Source: Octopus sinensis (Eukaryota). From it: DNA of 64,000 nucleotides. Below the pieces are notes generated by a model. The model was not told where the DNA came from. It made no database searches and worked only from the letters and a program-made list of their open reading frames with translations. Both the position numbers and the translations under genes were made by a program. Location of the stretch: contig NC_042998.1 in the NCBI RefSeq assembly GCF_006345805.1, positions 14,012,001 through 14,076,000 on the forward strand, given 5' to 3'. Below are positions 38,604 to 51,468 of this stretch, piece by piece. The first letter of the stretch is position 1. The number at the start of each line of letters is the position of its first letter.

Positions 38604-40120
38604 GTGTATGAATGCCCGATACTGTCCAACCTGTAGATATATTCTTCATTGACAAAGTCTGTGCACCCAGAGGTAATATATATAGTATTTGTCTCTTCTT
38701 TACCTCCACATAGTCTGAAATTGCTCATGTATTCTACATTGTTACAGCATCGTGCTGCTTTTGGGGTTTGAATTTGTTTCGCACCCTGTGTCCTCTTGTC
38801 TCAATTTTAAAATCTGAGCTTCTAACTAGTGTTCAAATTTTCTGTTTTTCTCTACCTTCTCATTTCTTGTATTGTGCATGTAAGTATTTTTGCTCCAAGA
38901 TCTTTTATTATAGCATTCCATAGACACATTCTTTAGCTCAGATATAAGTTTTGATTAAAATTTATATCGTTTCTCTTTCCTTTTTATATATTTACAAAGT
39001 GTGTTTCATTATATATTCCTTTTATATTTATCAACATCTTTAAAGAGAAGACATTTATTTGGGTTTCTTTTTTACGTTGCTTCTGTTTGTAGCTAGTCAT
39101 GGCACTTTTCGATTAGGCTTTATACGATATTTCTGAATATCACACTGAATATAACGTCTCTAACTGCATGTGTTTATGGTACATATATTTCGGACAGCTT
39201 ATTGGAGTGTATTCTAAATGCAGTCATTAATTTTCTTGTTTTTAATCTGTCTAGACTTGCGAATCGATTTTGCGTTCACTTGAGAATATTTTAACTATAA
39301 CTTATTAGAGTAACCGTTAGAGTATTGATGCCTATTTAAAACGAAGCTCCACAGTCTACCAACATGTAAGGAATCACGTTCCAAAGAATGCAAAGTATAT
39401 AGTCTTTGAACTATGACCCCCGACAGCTATAGGTTTCATTTTCAGAGTTTGAAACAATTGTGAACTAAAGATTGAATATAAAGATATTCTTGGTCTGTTA
39501 GTGTCTGCTCAACGAGATCAACACATCTTACATCACCGTAGTAAATACCAGCGAAAACAAATTTTCAAAGTTATCAATCGAAGTTTTCTTACTCGTCTAC
39601 GATGTTAATCCGTTTCGCATATGGAGGCTGCGTTATTCAGGAAACGAAAACTAGATTTCCAGATAAGAACGTTCCTTTTGGTCAAAGACTGTGTCAATGG
39701 TTCTAGACCCGATTGGCAATATTCTGTACATGTTATAATATTAATCTTGATTTGATAAGGCGCAAATAATGTTGCAACAATCGAAAAATGCCTTTAAAGC
39801 AAACAAGTAATCACTTGAATCTGTGCAACAACTAGCTGTCTGAAGTATTGTATCGTGGTCCACTTTCACATCTTGGATTCGATCCTGTCGAAACCTTTCG
39901 ATAAGGCTTCTGCATCAGTCATAACTAGTAATTCTAATCGTTATGGTGAGAAACGTAAAGGTTAACATGGACTTACCTCAAAAGATTTTAGAAATACTAA
40001 CAACTATTATACATGTTTGAAGTGTAAGTATATCAGGTTAGTGCAAACAAGTAGTGTGCCATATTCCTGGATCATGTTAATGTATATATATATATATATA
40101 TGTATATATATGTATATATG

Positions 40121-40175
<55 letters not shown>

Positions 40176-40219
40176 TATATATATATTATATATATATATA
40201 TCTGTGTGTGTGTGTGTAT

Positions 40220-40620
40220 AGGCGCAGCAGTGGCTGTTTGATAAGAAGCTTACTGCCCAACTACATGGTTCCAAGTTCAGTCCCAGTGCTTAGCATCTTG
40301 AGCAGGTGTCTTCTACTATAGCCTCGAGCTGAACAGAGCCTTGTGAGTGGATTTGGTAGACGGAAACTGAATGAAGCCCATCAAACCTATGTGTGCGTGT
40401 GTGTATGTGTGTTCGTGCGTGTGTGTGTGTATGTGTTTGTGTGTTTGTGTTTGTGTTTGTCCCCCCGCCAACGATTGACAACAGACGTTGCAGTGTTTAC
40501 GTCCCCGTCACATAGAATTAGTACATGGGTTACAAAGTCCGGAGTCAATTTGTTCGACTAAAAGTCGTGCTCCTGTATGGCCGCAGTCAAATAAGTGAAA
40601 CAAGTAACAGAATAAAAGAG
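40220..40620 (+). mobile_element. SINE type C, near full length
   Basis: Head gtggctgtttgataagaagctt, CORE-like gcaggtgtcttctactatagcc, internal (TG)n and tail gaaacaagtaacagaataaaagag. Confidence 0.88.
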
Positions 40621-40949
40621 TACACACACAGACACACACACACATACACACACACACATATATTTAAAGGAAAACTCTAACCACACAATCTATCTTATTA
40701 GAGTCACGAAATAATTTATTGTAAATATGGGAAAGGTTAAGATACTCGGGGCAATGTTTCATCAGTTGGCCAGAACAAACGGTTAGGTTGCATGTGTAAC
40801 GATATTTGTAATCAGACGTAAACGGGTATCACAAACACAGTCCAAGAAGGTTCGGTACACAACAGCCTATATACTATTGCAGCAGTACTACAGTAGCATG
40901 AATTCCTGGATGTATCAAATATATTTTTTTATATTTCAAGCTTCAATTA

Positions 40950-41930
40950 ATATTTCAAAGTTCATACGAAAAGCGGTCATTCATCAAATTGCACCTCATC
41001 ATATACTATTGACTGTTGCCATCGTTGTGTCCGAAGCTCAATTCGCTGGCTGAAAGTCAAAACCTCTCAGCACCCGTTTTCAATCCCATCCTTATTTTTA
41101 AACCTCTGTCCGTGCAGATGATGCGCCATGGCTCAGTGAAGGTGGAAATCTGATGGTGCAAGGCCTGGGCTATAGGCAGAGTGAGGCAGTACATACAGCC
41201 CTCAAGCTTCTCAAATTAGCTCTTAGTAAAATTGGGGTAACAGTTAGCGTTTGCGATTGAACAATGTCAGTTAGCAGGCTTTAAAGAAAATATACCCACT
41301 GCTGTTGTTGAAATAAAGGTTAGCATTCACTGCATGACAATCTTGGACGAGCATAAATTGCAAGAGCCCCTCAAACTTCCATCAAACAGACAATATTAGC
41401 TTCTGTTCAAAACACCTATGATTGAGAACAGGTTCTGAATCCAGGCCAAAACGAATCCACTCATTTCTCTAATTAGGTTCAGAAAAAAGGATCCATCTTA
41501 CATCCCCGGTCACAATTTGACGTCAAAAACGTGCATCACGAGAATTTGCCAGGTGTTGTTGCATATGGTCGCATGTCGTTGAGCCTGGTCATTGGTCAGT
41601 TAATGAGGAGCTTCTCGACAGAATCTATTCACAAGGCTTGATTTCTGGATGTGTCGATTGGTAGAGCTTTGTGATTATGCTTGGTTGATTTTCAACCATT
41701 CCATTCAAGGTCTTAACTCCCAAAACAGTAAGTCTTCCTGACCTTCGCTTATCTTCGAGGCTGCTGTCACCATCCTTTAAATGTCTGATCCAGTGTTGTT
41801 CCCAACGTTCCACAAAAGCTCTTGGACCGTTCATACTGTTAATTTCTTTAGCTGCTGAACTTCCACAGGTTGCTTTAAAAGAATTCAGTTGCAACTCTGG
41901 AAAATAAAGAATACACAATTAATGTTTGCA
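40950..41930 (-). mobile_element. Decayed mariner transposase
   Basis: Minus-strand motifs HLKDGDSSLEDKRRSGR, RQIVTGDVRWIL and VLPHSAYSPGLAPSDFHL (the YSPDL motif). Confidence 0.85.
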
Positions 41931-42348
41931 GGTTGTGTGTGGAAATAACAATGGAAAAAAATAACATTTTATCAACGATTGAACAGGTACTATCAAATTA
42001 TAACACGGATATACAAGTTGGCAAAAATCATCATTGAAATCCGAAGACAAATCTTAACTCAGTATGGTAACTGTGCAGTTACGTAATGAGGCTCTAGTCG
42101 CAATAACAGTAGTTGTGAATATGACCCCCGAGTATAAATGCTGAATGGACCCACATCTATGGTCGATGTACAGCTAAGTAATCATATTATAGAAGATTAC
42201 ATCATAGTTCCGCAAAAATTACTGAGATCTTTTTAACAGGAAGTTAAAGTCTGTCTGTGTTGTAGAGTTCGAACATGAGTACCGGATATGGTTGTGGGTT
42301 GCTATGGTTAACTTTGTGTGTTAAGATACAGCATTGCATATATATATA

Positions 42349-42580
42349 TTTCTTTACTACCCACAAGGGGCTAAACACAGAGGGGACAAACAAGGACAGA
42401 CAAACGGATTAAGTCAATTACATCGACCCCAGTGCGTAACTGGTACTCAATTTATCGATCCCGAAAGGATGAAAGACAAAGTCGACCTCGGCGGAATTTG
42501 AACTCGGAACGTAACGACAGACGAAATACGGCTACGGATTTCGCCCGGCGTGCTAACGTTTCTGCCAGCTCGCTGCCTTT
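42349..42580 (-). mobile_element. Solo SINE type B with a TSD of about 15 bp
   Basis: A complete monomer flanked by gcattgcatatatat (42331-42345) and gcactgcatatatat (42582-42596). Confidence 0.92.
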
Positions 42581-43869
42581 TGCACTGCATATATATGAGC
42601 CTGAGTATGGTTTTTGTGTGTCTTTATGGCGTGATTATGAGACGTATAATGCACTCATTCTGTTTTGTATGACCTTTTCATTATTACTTATATAGGTGCA
42701 TTTTATGTCATCTTTTCAGCCTTGGATTCCGTTGTGTCATTTTGCCAATTAACTTAATTTTTTTCTTTTAGCAGTTTATACTTTTATTATCTTCGTTTTC
42801 GTTACAACTTTCTGCTTTCCTATTTCAAATTCGCTGCTTTGCTACGACAATCACATTTGTTCGTTTTGATTAAGATTTGTAGTTATTTCACTTATTTTCC
42901 TTTAACGCTCAATAAAAGTTAACGTAGTCCTACATTAAATATTCTTTTATTATGTTATATTGGTTGCTGAAGTCTTTCAGTTCCCTGTTGATTTCATTAA
43001 TACAATATTTCCATATTAGGTGGCAGATATTAAACAACAATCACATTTTTTTCTTGTGATCATCAATAACTGATATTTTTGATTAAGAAACCTATTGAGG
43101 CTATGCAATAAGAACTTTTCCTTTGTTTGTTAGGAAATCTATTGAAGGTATTTGTATATTTTCCTTTCTTATTTCCTACATATCAATGCCATCCTATTGT
43201 GGGTGACACTTCCCTTGTTGCATATTATAACTTTATGTATTGATATTCATATCCCAAATATTTCTGTGTCAGCCTCTGTCCGCCGCGTTCTAAACACATT
43301 CAATACTTACTTATCGGTCATCTATTCTTCTTTCATTTCGTATGCACTTAAAAGTATTATGCCCCAAGCATATAACAGCGTCACTGGTGTTTGTTTAATT
43401 TATTCTTTATTCCTTTTATTTTTATTTAATGCATCTATAGCATTTATTCCTGTCCCTTTCTTAGTTTGAATGTTATAATACGTGCGCTAATTGCTTTTAT
43501 CAATCATGGCCTTGTAATTCTGACGCATTTGTATGGTTGCATCCTTATAATCTCTTGTTTTTGCTTCTTTCTCCAACATAATATTATGTGATTTACCAAT
43601 TTTTCTATTTTGAAATTTGCTTGGTGTATTCTTCCGATGCGCATTCCGTATCAGCTTCTTCAGTTTATCCCAGGAAATTCTATGAAAGCGTTTTCTGTTT
43701 CTTACGTCTTTATTGAACAACTCGATGGCATTTATCAACAAAATATGGTTAATAGTTCTCTTCTAGTACATGCATTTCCGTCCTGACAATTTTAAAGACT
43801 TGGTTTAGTGAAATATGGGAGCCACAATCAGAAAGAACCAAATACTTTGTATCCTTTAGTAATAGATTA

Positions 43870-44097
43870 CTATTTCATCTCAATCGAAGGAGAGGGGCTT
43901 TATCCGTCCGGGTTGCGGATCCGTGGAATAAGCTGCCAGACGAGATGGTGAAGATGCCGACAACCGCTCGGTTCAAAGTCTCCCTTGACCTCAAGTGGCC
44001 TGAACTCTTTACATGAACACCACCCTGTACATAACTCCATGTTCCCCTACATGGCTTTGCTTTTTGCTTTTTGAGCCAAAAAATTAACTAACTAACT
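43870..44097 (+). mobile_element. 3' end of a second CR1/L2-group LINE family
   Basis: Reads RRGALSVRVADPWNKLPDEMVKMPTTARFKVSLDLKWPELFT*, followed by a short 3' UTR and an (AACT)n tail. Confidence 0.8.
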
Positions 44098-44885
44098 AGT
44101 CTTTCAAAAAGGATGCGATATATTTTCTTTATTCTATTGTTTGAATTTCCAAAATTCTTGCTCATGCATGAATAAAAACATTTAATGTCTATACTTAATA
44201 GTTAAGGTACCTCAAATATTATCTATATTTCCCAGTGTCCGATTATCACCGTCTCTGCCTTTCTGCTCGCCAATCCATGCCAGATTTAAAAAAAATATTC
44301 TTTCATTCTGCAGTCTAGGGTTAGAGATTCGTTAATCAGTAATTGATTTTTACAACCATATATGACATGGCGGCATCCCATTATGTTTTCTGAAAGTGAG
44401 TATTTCTTCCGATGAATTATTTATTGCCTACTATTATATTACGTTTTGAATTTTGTGAGTTGCTGCACAGGGGTTATGAGCCATTCATGGTTTTTTTTTA
44501 CTGCTTTTTCAACAGATCATTAAATATTTCTGCCTGTTCTCTAAGTGTGCCTGTTCAATAATTCATGGAGAACTATTTCATTGTATCACATCCTGGTTCT
44601 TCCCACTATTTCATTTTATGTAGTGTCCGGGTCAGTTTCTTGATGTAATAGTATTTTATTCATTCGTTCAGGTAGTGCACCTATCTTGAACATTTACTGC
44701 CCATGTTCACTTCCCTTATTTTGTTTCTATTTTCTTTAGCTCTGTTTTTCCTTCTGTTTTTAATCACCTTGTTTTTCACAGAATCGAAACTTATAAAATT
44801 TAGCACAGATTTATTCCGTCAAGTTAACTTCAATACTACTTTCGCGTTGAGCTTTAAGGATATTTCTTTTTCATTGTTCATATTA

Positions 44886-45110
44886 CAGTAACCCCTTGCC
44901 ACACCGCGGTTCACTTATCGCGGTTTATTATTTAAGCATACGTCGATTCCTCCATGGTGTTGACATGCATGTGTAGTAAAATAGATATACACAAATTATA
45001 AGAATAATTTTTTTTAATATATAAGGTACAGTACTGTTTCTACTTCACGGATTTTCACTTATCGCGGAGGGTTTTGGAACGTAACACCCGCGATAGTCGA
45101 GGGATTACAG
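44886..45110. mobile_element. Tigger/pogo-type MITE
   Basis: TA-flanked imperfect TIRs cagtaacccctt...cgcgg / ccgcgatagtcgagggattacag, with an internal repeat of ttcacttatcgcgg. Confidence 0.75.
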
Positions 45111-45644
45111 TAGATTATAATGTATTTATGATATTTAAGATTACTTCAAGTCGTATCGTCTGTCTTCTAGACTAAGAATTTAAAATGACTTTACTATAAT
45201 ATTTTCAAACTAACAGTGTATTCTCTCTCTTTGGCTTACTTATTGTAAAACTACATTGATTATTTAATATATAAATTATATTCACGATTTTCTATTTTGT
45301 TTCTTAAACTCTAACTTAGCTTATATCACTGGATATGTATATTTCACCATATAAAAAGATCTTGTTATGTATATTACTGATGTTTTCTCTAATTTCCGAT
45401 GGCAGTTATGAGTGGATTTTCTAACAGATCGTTTAAATAATCCCCTATGCTATTTCGAGCAACATCGTGATTGATCACATATGTTTATTAGTTTAATACT
45501 TGAGAACTGCAGCTGAATTCTTGAAGCGTCAGAGAATAAAACCATTACGACAGATCAAATACGATGTTCACTCATTATAATATCCAATATAAGAAAAATG
45601 TACGTTATAAAGACTTATATTTGGGAAATTTGGTAACATTAGTA

Positions 45645-45800
45645 TTCTTTCCTTTATAGGCACAAGGCCTCAAAGTTTGGGTGACCATAGTTCGAAGTGG
45701 TGCTTATAAGATCCAACAAGGATGAAAAGTAAAATCGATCTCAGAGGGTAAAAGCGGACAAAATGTCCGTCGTGCTAACGATTCTGCCAGCATACCGTCC
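45645..45800 (-). mobile_element. Old SINE type A
   Basis: Contains taggcacaaggcc and cgtcgtgctaacgattctgccagc. Confidence 0.65.
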
Positions 45801-45854
45801 TTCTCAGTAATATTTAATATTGGCTTTGAATTTAGGCACAAGGCACTCATATTC

Positions 45855-46052
45855 GTTATCATCATCATCATCATCATCAGTGGTGGTGGTGATGGTGGTG
45901 GTAGTTATGGTGGTGGTGATGGTGCTGGTGGTGGTGGTGGTTGTGATGGTGGTAGTGGTGGTGCTGGTGCTGGTGCTGGTGATGGTGGTGGTGTTGGTGA
46001 TGGTGGTGGTGGTGGTGGTGATGGTCGTGGCGGTGATGATGGTGGTGATGTA
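45855..46052. repeat. (CAT)n/(GGT)n compound tract
   Basis: Directly visible. Confidence 0.92.
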
Positions 46053-47775
46053 GGGGATTGGGGTGGCCTTGTTGGTTATGTACGCAAACGTCTTATTGAA
46101 GCTAGTCAGTCGGTCCTGTTTTTATGATCAACATTCAAGTCGAATCCAAGGTATTGAGCACAGCAAGGAAAAATATCCATTATTATATGAAAAGGTTTTC
46201 TTTCACTGCGTATATACGTCTAATGCGTAAATCAAGACTAAAGATGGGTGGGTGCGAGTGAGAGATAATCATGTTATTGATTGCGTTCCGTGATTGACTA
46301 TATTTCTGTGACAATAAATATTTTATCAAGTCCATTCTTTCAAAGCCTTTGATTTTAAAGAGAGTATTGATATCACTTTCTACTTTACGCACTCGTGTTG
46401 GAGTAAACTACTCGTGTCTTTTTTAAATGTGAAAGCTGAGTTGAATTATATATTTGTTACACTATCAATATTCTTTGCAATGTCTGAATGAGGTATAATA
46501 TTCTATACTTTGTGACATTGTTCAATGTCCTTTGTATCATATTTTACACGCATAAGAAAACAACGATTTCTCATGAATATCTTTATTTGAAAGGCTGGCA
46601 TTGAAACCTTTCTACATTTCTCTTCAGTTTTCCTTGTTTACTTGTTTACTAATTTATTGATTTTATTCTATAAGTTGTTTCCACGAGAGTATCTGAGACT
46701 GAAATATGAAATAAAATATCAGTATTTACTTGTCTCCACTTGGTGTCATTTCAATTCACTTGTGCCATCAGTTCATTTTCCATGTAAAACAAGAAAATTC
46801 AAGAAGTTCGCATCATTACAACTTACAGAATCTTTTCTTAATACAAATTCTATTCAAACTCAACGACTAACATACTTGCTTCCTCTAATCTTACAATGTT
46901 TCTTACTTTCTATAATATGAATGTATACACATATCTGTAGGTCAATATATTTTCACGTAAGTATCTTACATTGCTCTATAGGTCTAGCAATATCATGATT
47001 TCCTTCATTATATTTTTTTTTCCTAATTGTCACTACTTTTGGCAAATCGCCATTATACTATAAGATCAGGTGAACTGTTTTCTATGGCAAACTAATAGGC
47101 GGCTTTCTGATATTGTTTACTAAGAGTTGGCTACAAACCACGAGCAAACTTAACTTGATATACTTCATGCTTTGTATTTGTCTTCGCTCAGCAAATATAT
47201 GAAATGTCTGGACTTATGTCTGTAGTTGCTATGTATTTTGGCCGGGTCAATGATTTAATTCTCCTTTAAAAGTTCGATAGTAGTAGTTCGTTTAATCGTC
47301 ACTATCAACATAACTGTAGCGATAACGAACCATGGAAAAAGAGATATCAGATATACATTATATATCACCTTCAATATTTTTTATACTAATTTAATAAAAT
47401 ATTTTATAATATAAAATAGAAGTCTATGACATAGAACTATGTTGGTAGAGATGTTGTTTAGCCTGAAGTCGTCACTTATGGAACAGACTTAAGATTGATA
47501 TTATAGTAGACATATCTGTTTCGTGTTAAGCTGTATCTAAGAGTACATTGTTTTGTTTTTGATGCCGATTTCAAGACATTGACACGTGCGTTAACTGGAA
47601 TTTAGGGTCTGATTAAAAAAGATCAAGCTTCAAAATAATAATGATTTTTGCTCGGATAAACTGAATTTAAATATGATATTTATAAGTTGGGAATCGAGAA
47701 ACGTGTAGCAAACCATACCCGAACTGATGTGTATGTATGGTTTGGCGTCTACACACACACACATGGATACATATA

Positions 47776-47850
<75 letters not shown>

Positions 47851-48016
47851 GGCGGTGCCCCAGCATGGCCACAGCTCATAAGCTGAAACTAGAATCAATC
47901 AGTCAATCAATCAATCAATCATATATATATATTTATTCATATATATATATATATGTATGTATATATATATACCTATATACATGTATATATATGTATATAT
48001 ATACATACACACATAA

Positions 48017-49813
48017 ACATTCTTTTCATTTGCAAAAAAACACAGAGTCACTGGTTCTACTGTTGGCCCTCTGATTGATGAAAATGGTATTCTTCAAGAC
48101 AATGCCAAAACCATGGGAGAAATATTGCAGAAACAATATTGCTCTGTTTTCAGCAATCCTGATATGACTGATCTGGGCTGTATCAGTGATGTTACTCCCC
48201 AATACACTTTATCGGACATAACATTTGGCGCTCCTGATGTCTTAGCAGCAATAAAGGAAATGAAGCATAATTCAGCAGTAGGTCCCGATAGGTTCCCTGC
48301 TTGTGTCTTGAAGATGTGTCAAAACCAACTTGCACCCCCTCTAGCCAATCTGTGGCGGAACACATTGGATGCTGGATATATACCAGAAGACCTTCTATCC
48401 CAGTCTGTTGTCCCAGTTTTCAAAAAAAGAAACAAATCGCTTGCCGTGAATTACCGTCCAATCTCACTCACCTCTCATATCATCAAGGTATTTGAGAGGG
48501 TGCTGAGATCGCGTATGACTCACTTCCTTGAGAGTCATAATATGCTGAATCCCAACCAGCATGGATTCCGTAATGGGAGAGATTGCCTGACGCAGCTACT
48601 GCATCATTTTGATGACATTTTGAGAGCCTTGGGAGAGGGTTCCAACACTGATGTCATCTACCTTGATTTCAGCAAGGCCTTTGACAGGGTTGATCATAAG
48701 ATCCTTCTGAGAAAGCTGTCCAATATTGGTGTCACTGGAAAGCTGCTGCAATGGATCAAGTGCTTCCTCTCTAACAGAACCCAACATGTTGTAGTCGAAG
48801 GAGTCAAATCCAGCCCAGCCAAAGTCAGCAGTGGTGTCCCACAAGGCACTGTGTTGGGCCCACTTCTCTTCATCATCTACATAAATGATATTACTGACAC
48901 CATCAAACACAGCAACATCAGAACCTTCGCTGATGATTCCAAGCTCCAGAAGGTCATCAATGGCGTGGATGACCGAATAAACCTTCAGTCAGACCTACTG
49001 GCTGTTGTCCAATGGGCGGAAAAGAATAACATGTTGCTAAATGAAGACAAATTCGAACTGATCCACTTTGGAAGGGAGGACGCTCTGAAACTCCCATACT
49101 CTCTTCCTTCTGGAGAAATTCTCATGGCATCCAAAAACATCAGAGACCTGGGAGTAACAGTGGACAACAACATAAGCTGGGCTACACATATAAGCAGCAA
49201 AGTTGACATGGCCCGCAGAATGTGTTCCTGGATTCTCAGAACCTTCCAGTCGAGAGATTCTCACGCTATTATCCTTCTCTTCTCCACTTTTGCCCGACCC
49301 CACCTTGAATACTGCTGTCCACTGTGGTCTCCCTACACAAAACAAAATATTATGAGAATTGAAGCTCCCCAAAGGTCAATCACAAAAAAGATAGATGGCA
49401 TGTCAGACCTTGACTACTGGGGTAGACTAGAGAAGCTGAAATTGTATTCACTCCAACGACGCCGTGAACGCTACATTATCTGTATGATGTGGAAAATATT
49501 CCATCAGCACTGTCCGAATGATGTTGGCATCACCTTCAAAATGCATCCAAGGCTTGGACCACGTCCCATCCATCCACAACAAAAATCTAAATCGCATCAC
49601 ATAACGACAATACGGCACAACTATTTCACCTCAATTGGACCCGCTCTCTTCAACATTACACCAGGACACGTCAAAAAAGAAACTGACCACACAAAATTCA
49701 AGAAGTCTTTGGACAAATTCCTTCAAACAGTACCGGACAAACCATCCACACCCGGATATGTCTCCGCAAACAATAACTCTCTGCTCGAATGGGCCTTGGT
49801 GCCCAAATCCTGA
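48017..49813 (+). CDS. Non-LTR reverse transcriptase (ORF2 C-terminal part, uninterrupted; first ATG at 48113, 566 aa)
   Basis: Motifs NYRPISLTSHIIKVFER, QHGFRNGRDC, YLDFSKAFDRVDH, SGVPQGTVLGPLLFIIYINDI, FADDSK, RDLGV and RPHLEYCCPLWSP. Confidence 0.93.
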   Translation, partial: TFFSFAKKHRVTGSTVGPLIDENGILQDNAKTMGEILQKQYCSVFSNPDMTDLGCISDVTPQYTLSDITFGAPDVLAAIKEMKHNSAVGPDRFPACVLKMCQNQLAPPLANLWRNTLDAGYIPEDLLSQSVVPVFKKRNKSLAVNYRPISLTSHIIKVFERVLRSRMTHFLESHNMLNPNQHGFRNGRDCLTQLLHHFDDILRALGEGSNTDVIYLDFSKAFDRVDHKILLRKLSNIGVTGKLLQWIKCFLSNRTQHVVVEGVKSSPAKVSSGVPQGTVLGPLLFIIYINDITDTIKHSNIRTFADDSKLQKVINGVDDRINLQSDLLAVVQWAEKNNMLLNEDKFELIHFGREDALKLPYSLPSGEILMASKNIRDLGVTVDNNISWATHISSKVDMARRMCSWILRTFQSRDSHAIILLFSTFARPHLEYCCPLWSPYTKQNIMRIEAPQRSITKKIDGMSDLDYWGRLEKLKLYSLQRRRERYIICMMWKIFHQHCPNDVGITFKMHPRLGPRPIHPQQKSKSHHITTIRHNYFTSIGPALFNITPGHVKKETDHTKFKKSLDKFLQTVPDKPSTPGYVSANNNSLLEWALVPKS

Positions 49814-49890
49814 ACTGAAAGACTTCGCCAGGTGGTGCTATTAAGTTAGACATGGCCTGGGCCAATACTGGCCAAAAACCTTTCTAAGTT
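48017..49890 (+). mobile_element. 5'-truncated CR1-group LINE with 3' UTR and (TTCTAAGTTA)2 tail
   Basis: An open frame begins at 48017 (TFFSFAKKHRVTGSTVGPLIDENG, a typical EN-RT linker) and the endonuclease is absent. The tandem terminal repeat is at about 49871-49890, and both flanks are microsatellite. Confidence 0.9.
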
Positions 49891-49913
49891 ATTCTAAGTT
49901 AACACACACACAC

Positions 49914-50000
<87 letters not shown>

Positions 50001-50458
50001 GAAAATGGAGAAAACCACATTAACCAACACATCGTTGGACCACATTTATAGCTTATTTTTTCATACAAAGCATGATATGGAAAAGTAGGTGATGTATCAA
50101 ATCTTACGGCCGTTACTGATCGTATTGCCAAAATACAGTTTTTTCATAAATGCGAGAATAAGGTATCAGCTATAAATGTGGTCCAATCAGTGTGTTGGTT
50201 AATCTGCGGTTATGTCCATTTTCTAATTAGTTGCATTGATTAATGATAAACTCTTGTTTATCCAGTTGTTACCAGCATTATACGTGCCCGGGGATAATCG
50301 ATTAATTTTAATTGAACGCCTACTTTGGGTAGAAGGTTAAAGCCATACGTGGTTGTCGATCTCATCCATTCTTTTTATAGCTACATACATACATAGAAAC
50401 ACACCCACTCATTTTTGCCTATACGCGTATATACATACACATACATATACACACATAT

Positions 50459-51468
50459 ATAGGAAGTGGTATCAAAATGTTCCAGGGCTCGTGAGAGCTA
50501 GCAATGATCTTCCAGCGGCAGTGTGTTGGGTGGCACCGCTGTGTTTACTTTGTAAGTTGTGAAATTTGTGTTTTAGTGATCACGTGTGCGCAGTTGTCGG
50601 CGATTTTATCATGGACCGGAACAAGGAACTAACGTTAGATTTTGTGTTAAATTTGGGAAGTCTGCTACTGTGACATTCAACATGATTCGCCAAATATACA
50701 CCGACATGGCAATTGGTCTTATGCAATGTTTCGAGTGGCACAGGCGTTTCAAAAGCGGGAGAACACCTGGACGATGATGAGCAATCTGGACAACCTACCA
50801 CGAGGGTCACTCCTGGAAATATGGCATTGCGCAGCGAGAATTCATCACTCAGGGCCAGATTGTCAATATTCCAACGTCGCTTCATATATTGAAACTTCTG
50901 GTAAATTTCTGTGCACTTTACATCGGAGAAACAGGCAATGCCGTTGCTAATCGCTTTCGAACACACTTTGGAATCACCTTCTTACGAACACAGGGGCAAT
51001 CCATTACCATCCATCATTCCACTACCCGTTTCTCTGAGTGCTTTGTATCTGCGTCATATCGACAAAACGAAAAAGATGTTTTGAACCGTTTATGGGAGGG
51101 TGTTCGGTGAAAGCAACAAGATCTGTGGAGCACGAAAAATTCTCATTCGTGAGTTTCTCGCTAAAAACAATATATCACCCCATTCACCAGATTTAGCATC
51201 TGTGAACTTCTATCTCTTTCCCAAGATAAACTTGCAAGCTCAAAAGTTGCCGTTTTAATACTGTTGTCGAGGTCCAGAGTAATTCACTAAAGATCCTCGA
51301 CTACATAAAACGACTTCAGGCCGGATTCCAAAAGAGGCAGCAACACTGGGAATGATGTATTTCTGGTGAATGTGACTATTTCGAGGCAGATGATGTTAAA
51401 ATTTAAGTAAATAAGTTATTAATTTATTAAATATAACTAATCCTGGAACATTATTATACCACCTCGTA
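50459..51468 (+). mobile_element. Internally deleted mariner with both TIRs
   Basis: TIRs gtggtatcaaaatgttccagg / cctggaacattattataccac; fragments NVRFCVKFGKSAT, CFEWHRRFKSGR, QREFITQGQIVN and HSPDLASVNFYLFPK. Confidence 0.88.
50866..51075 (+). mobile_element. Penelope-like GIY-YIG fragment inserted in the mariner
   Basis: Reads FCALYIGETGNAVANRFRTH and is homologous to 54759-54946. Confidence 0.8.

Noticed and set aside
39970-40075. Strong minus-strand donor GAG|GTAAGT near 39978
   Set aside because: The upstream frames contain stops and abut a microsatellite.
48925-48945. CTGATGA strings at 4025, 48929 and in the Helitron (15211)
   Set aside because: They lack a stem II followed by GAAA, so they are not hammerheads.
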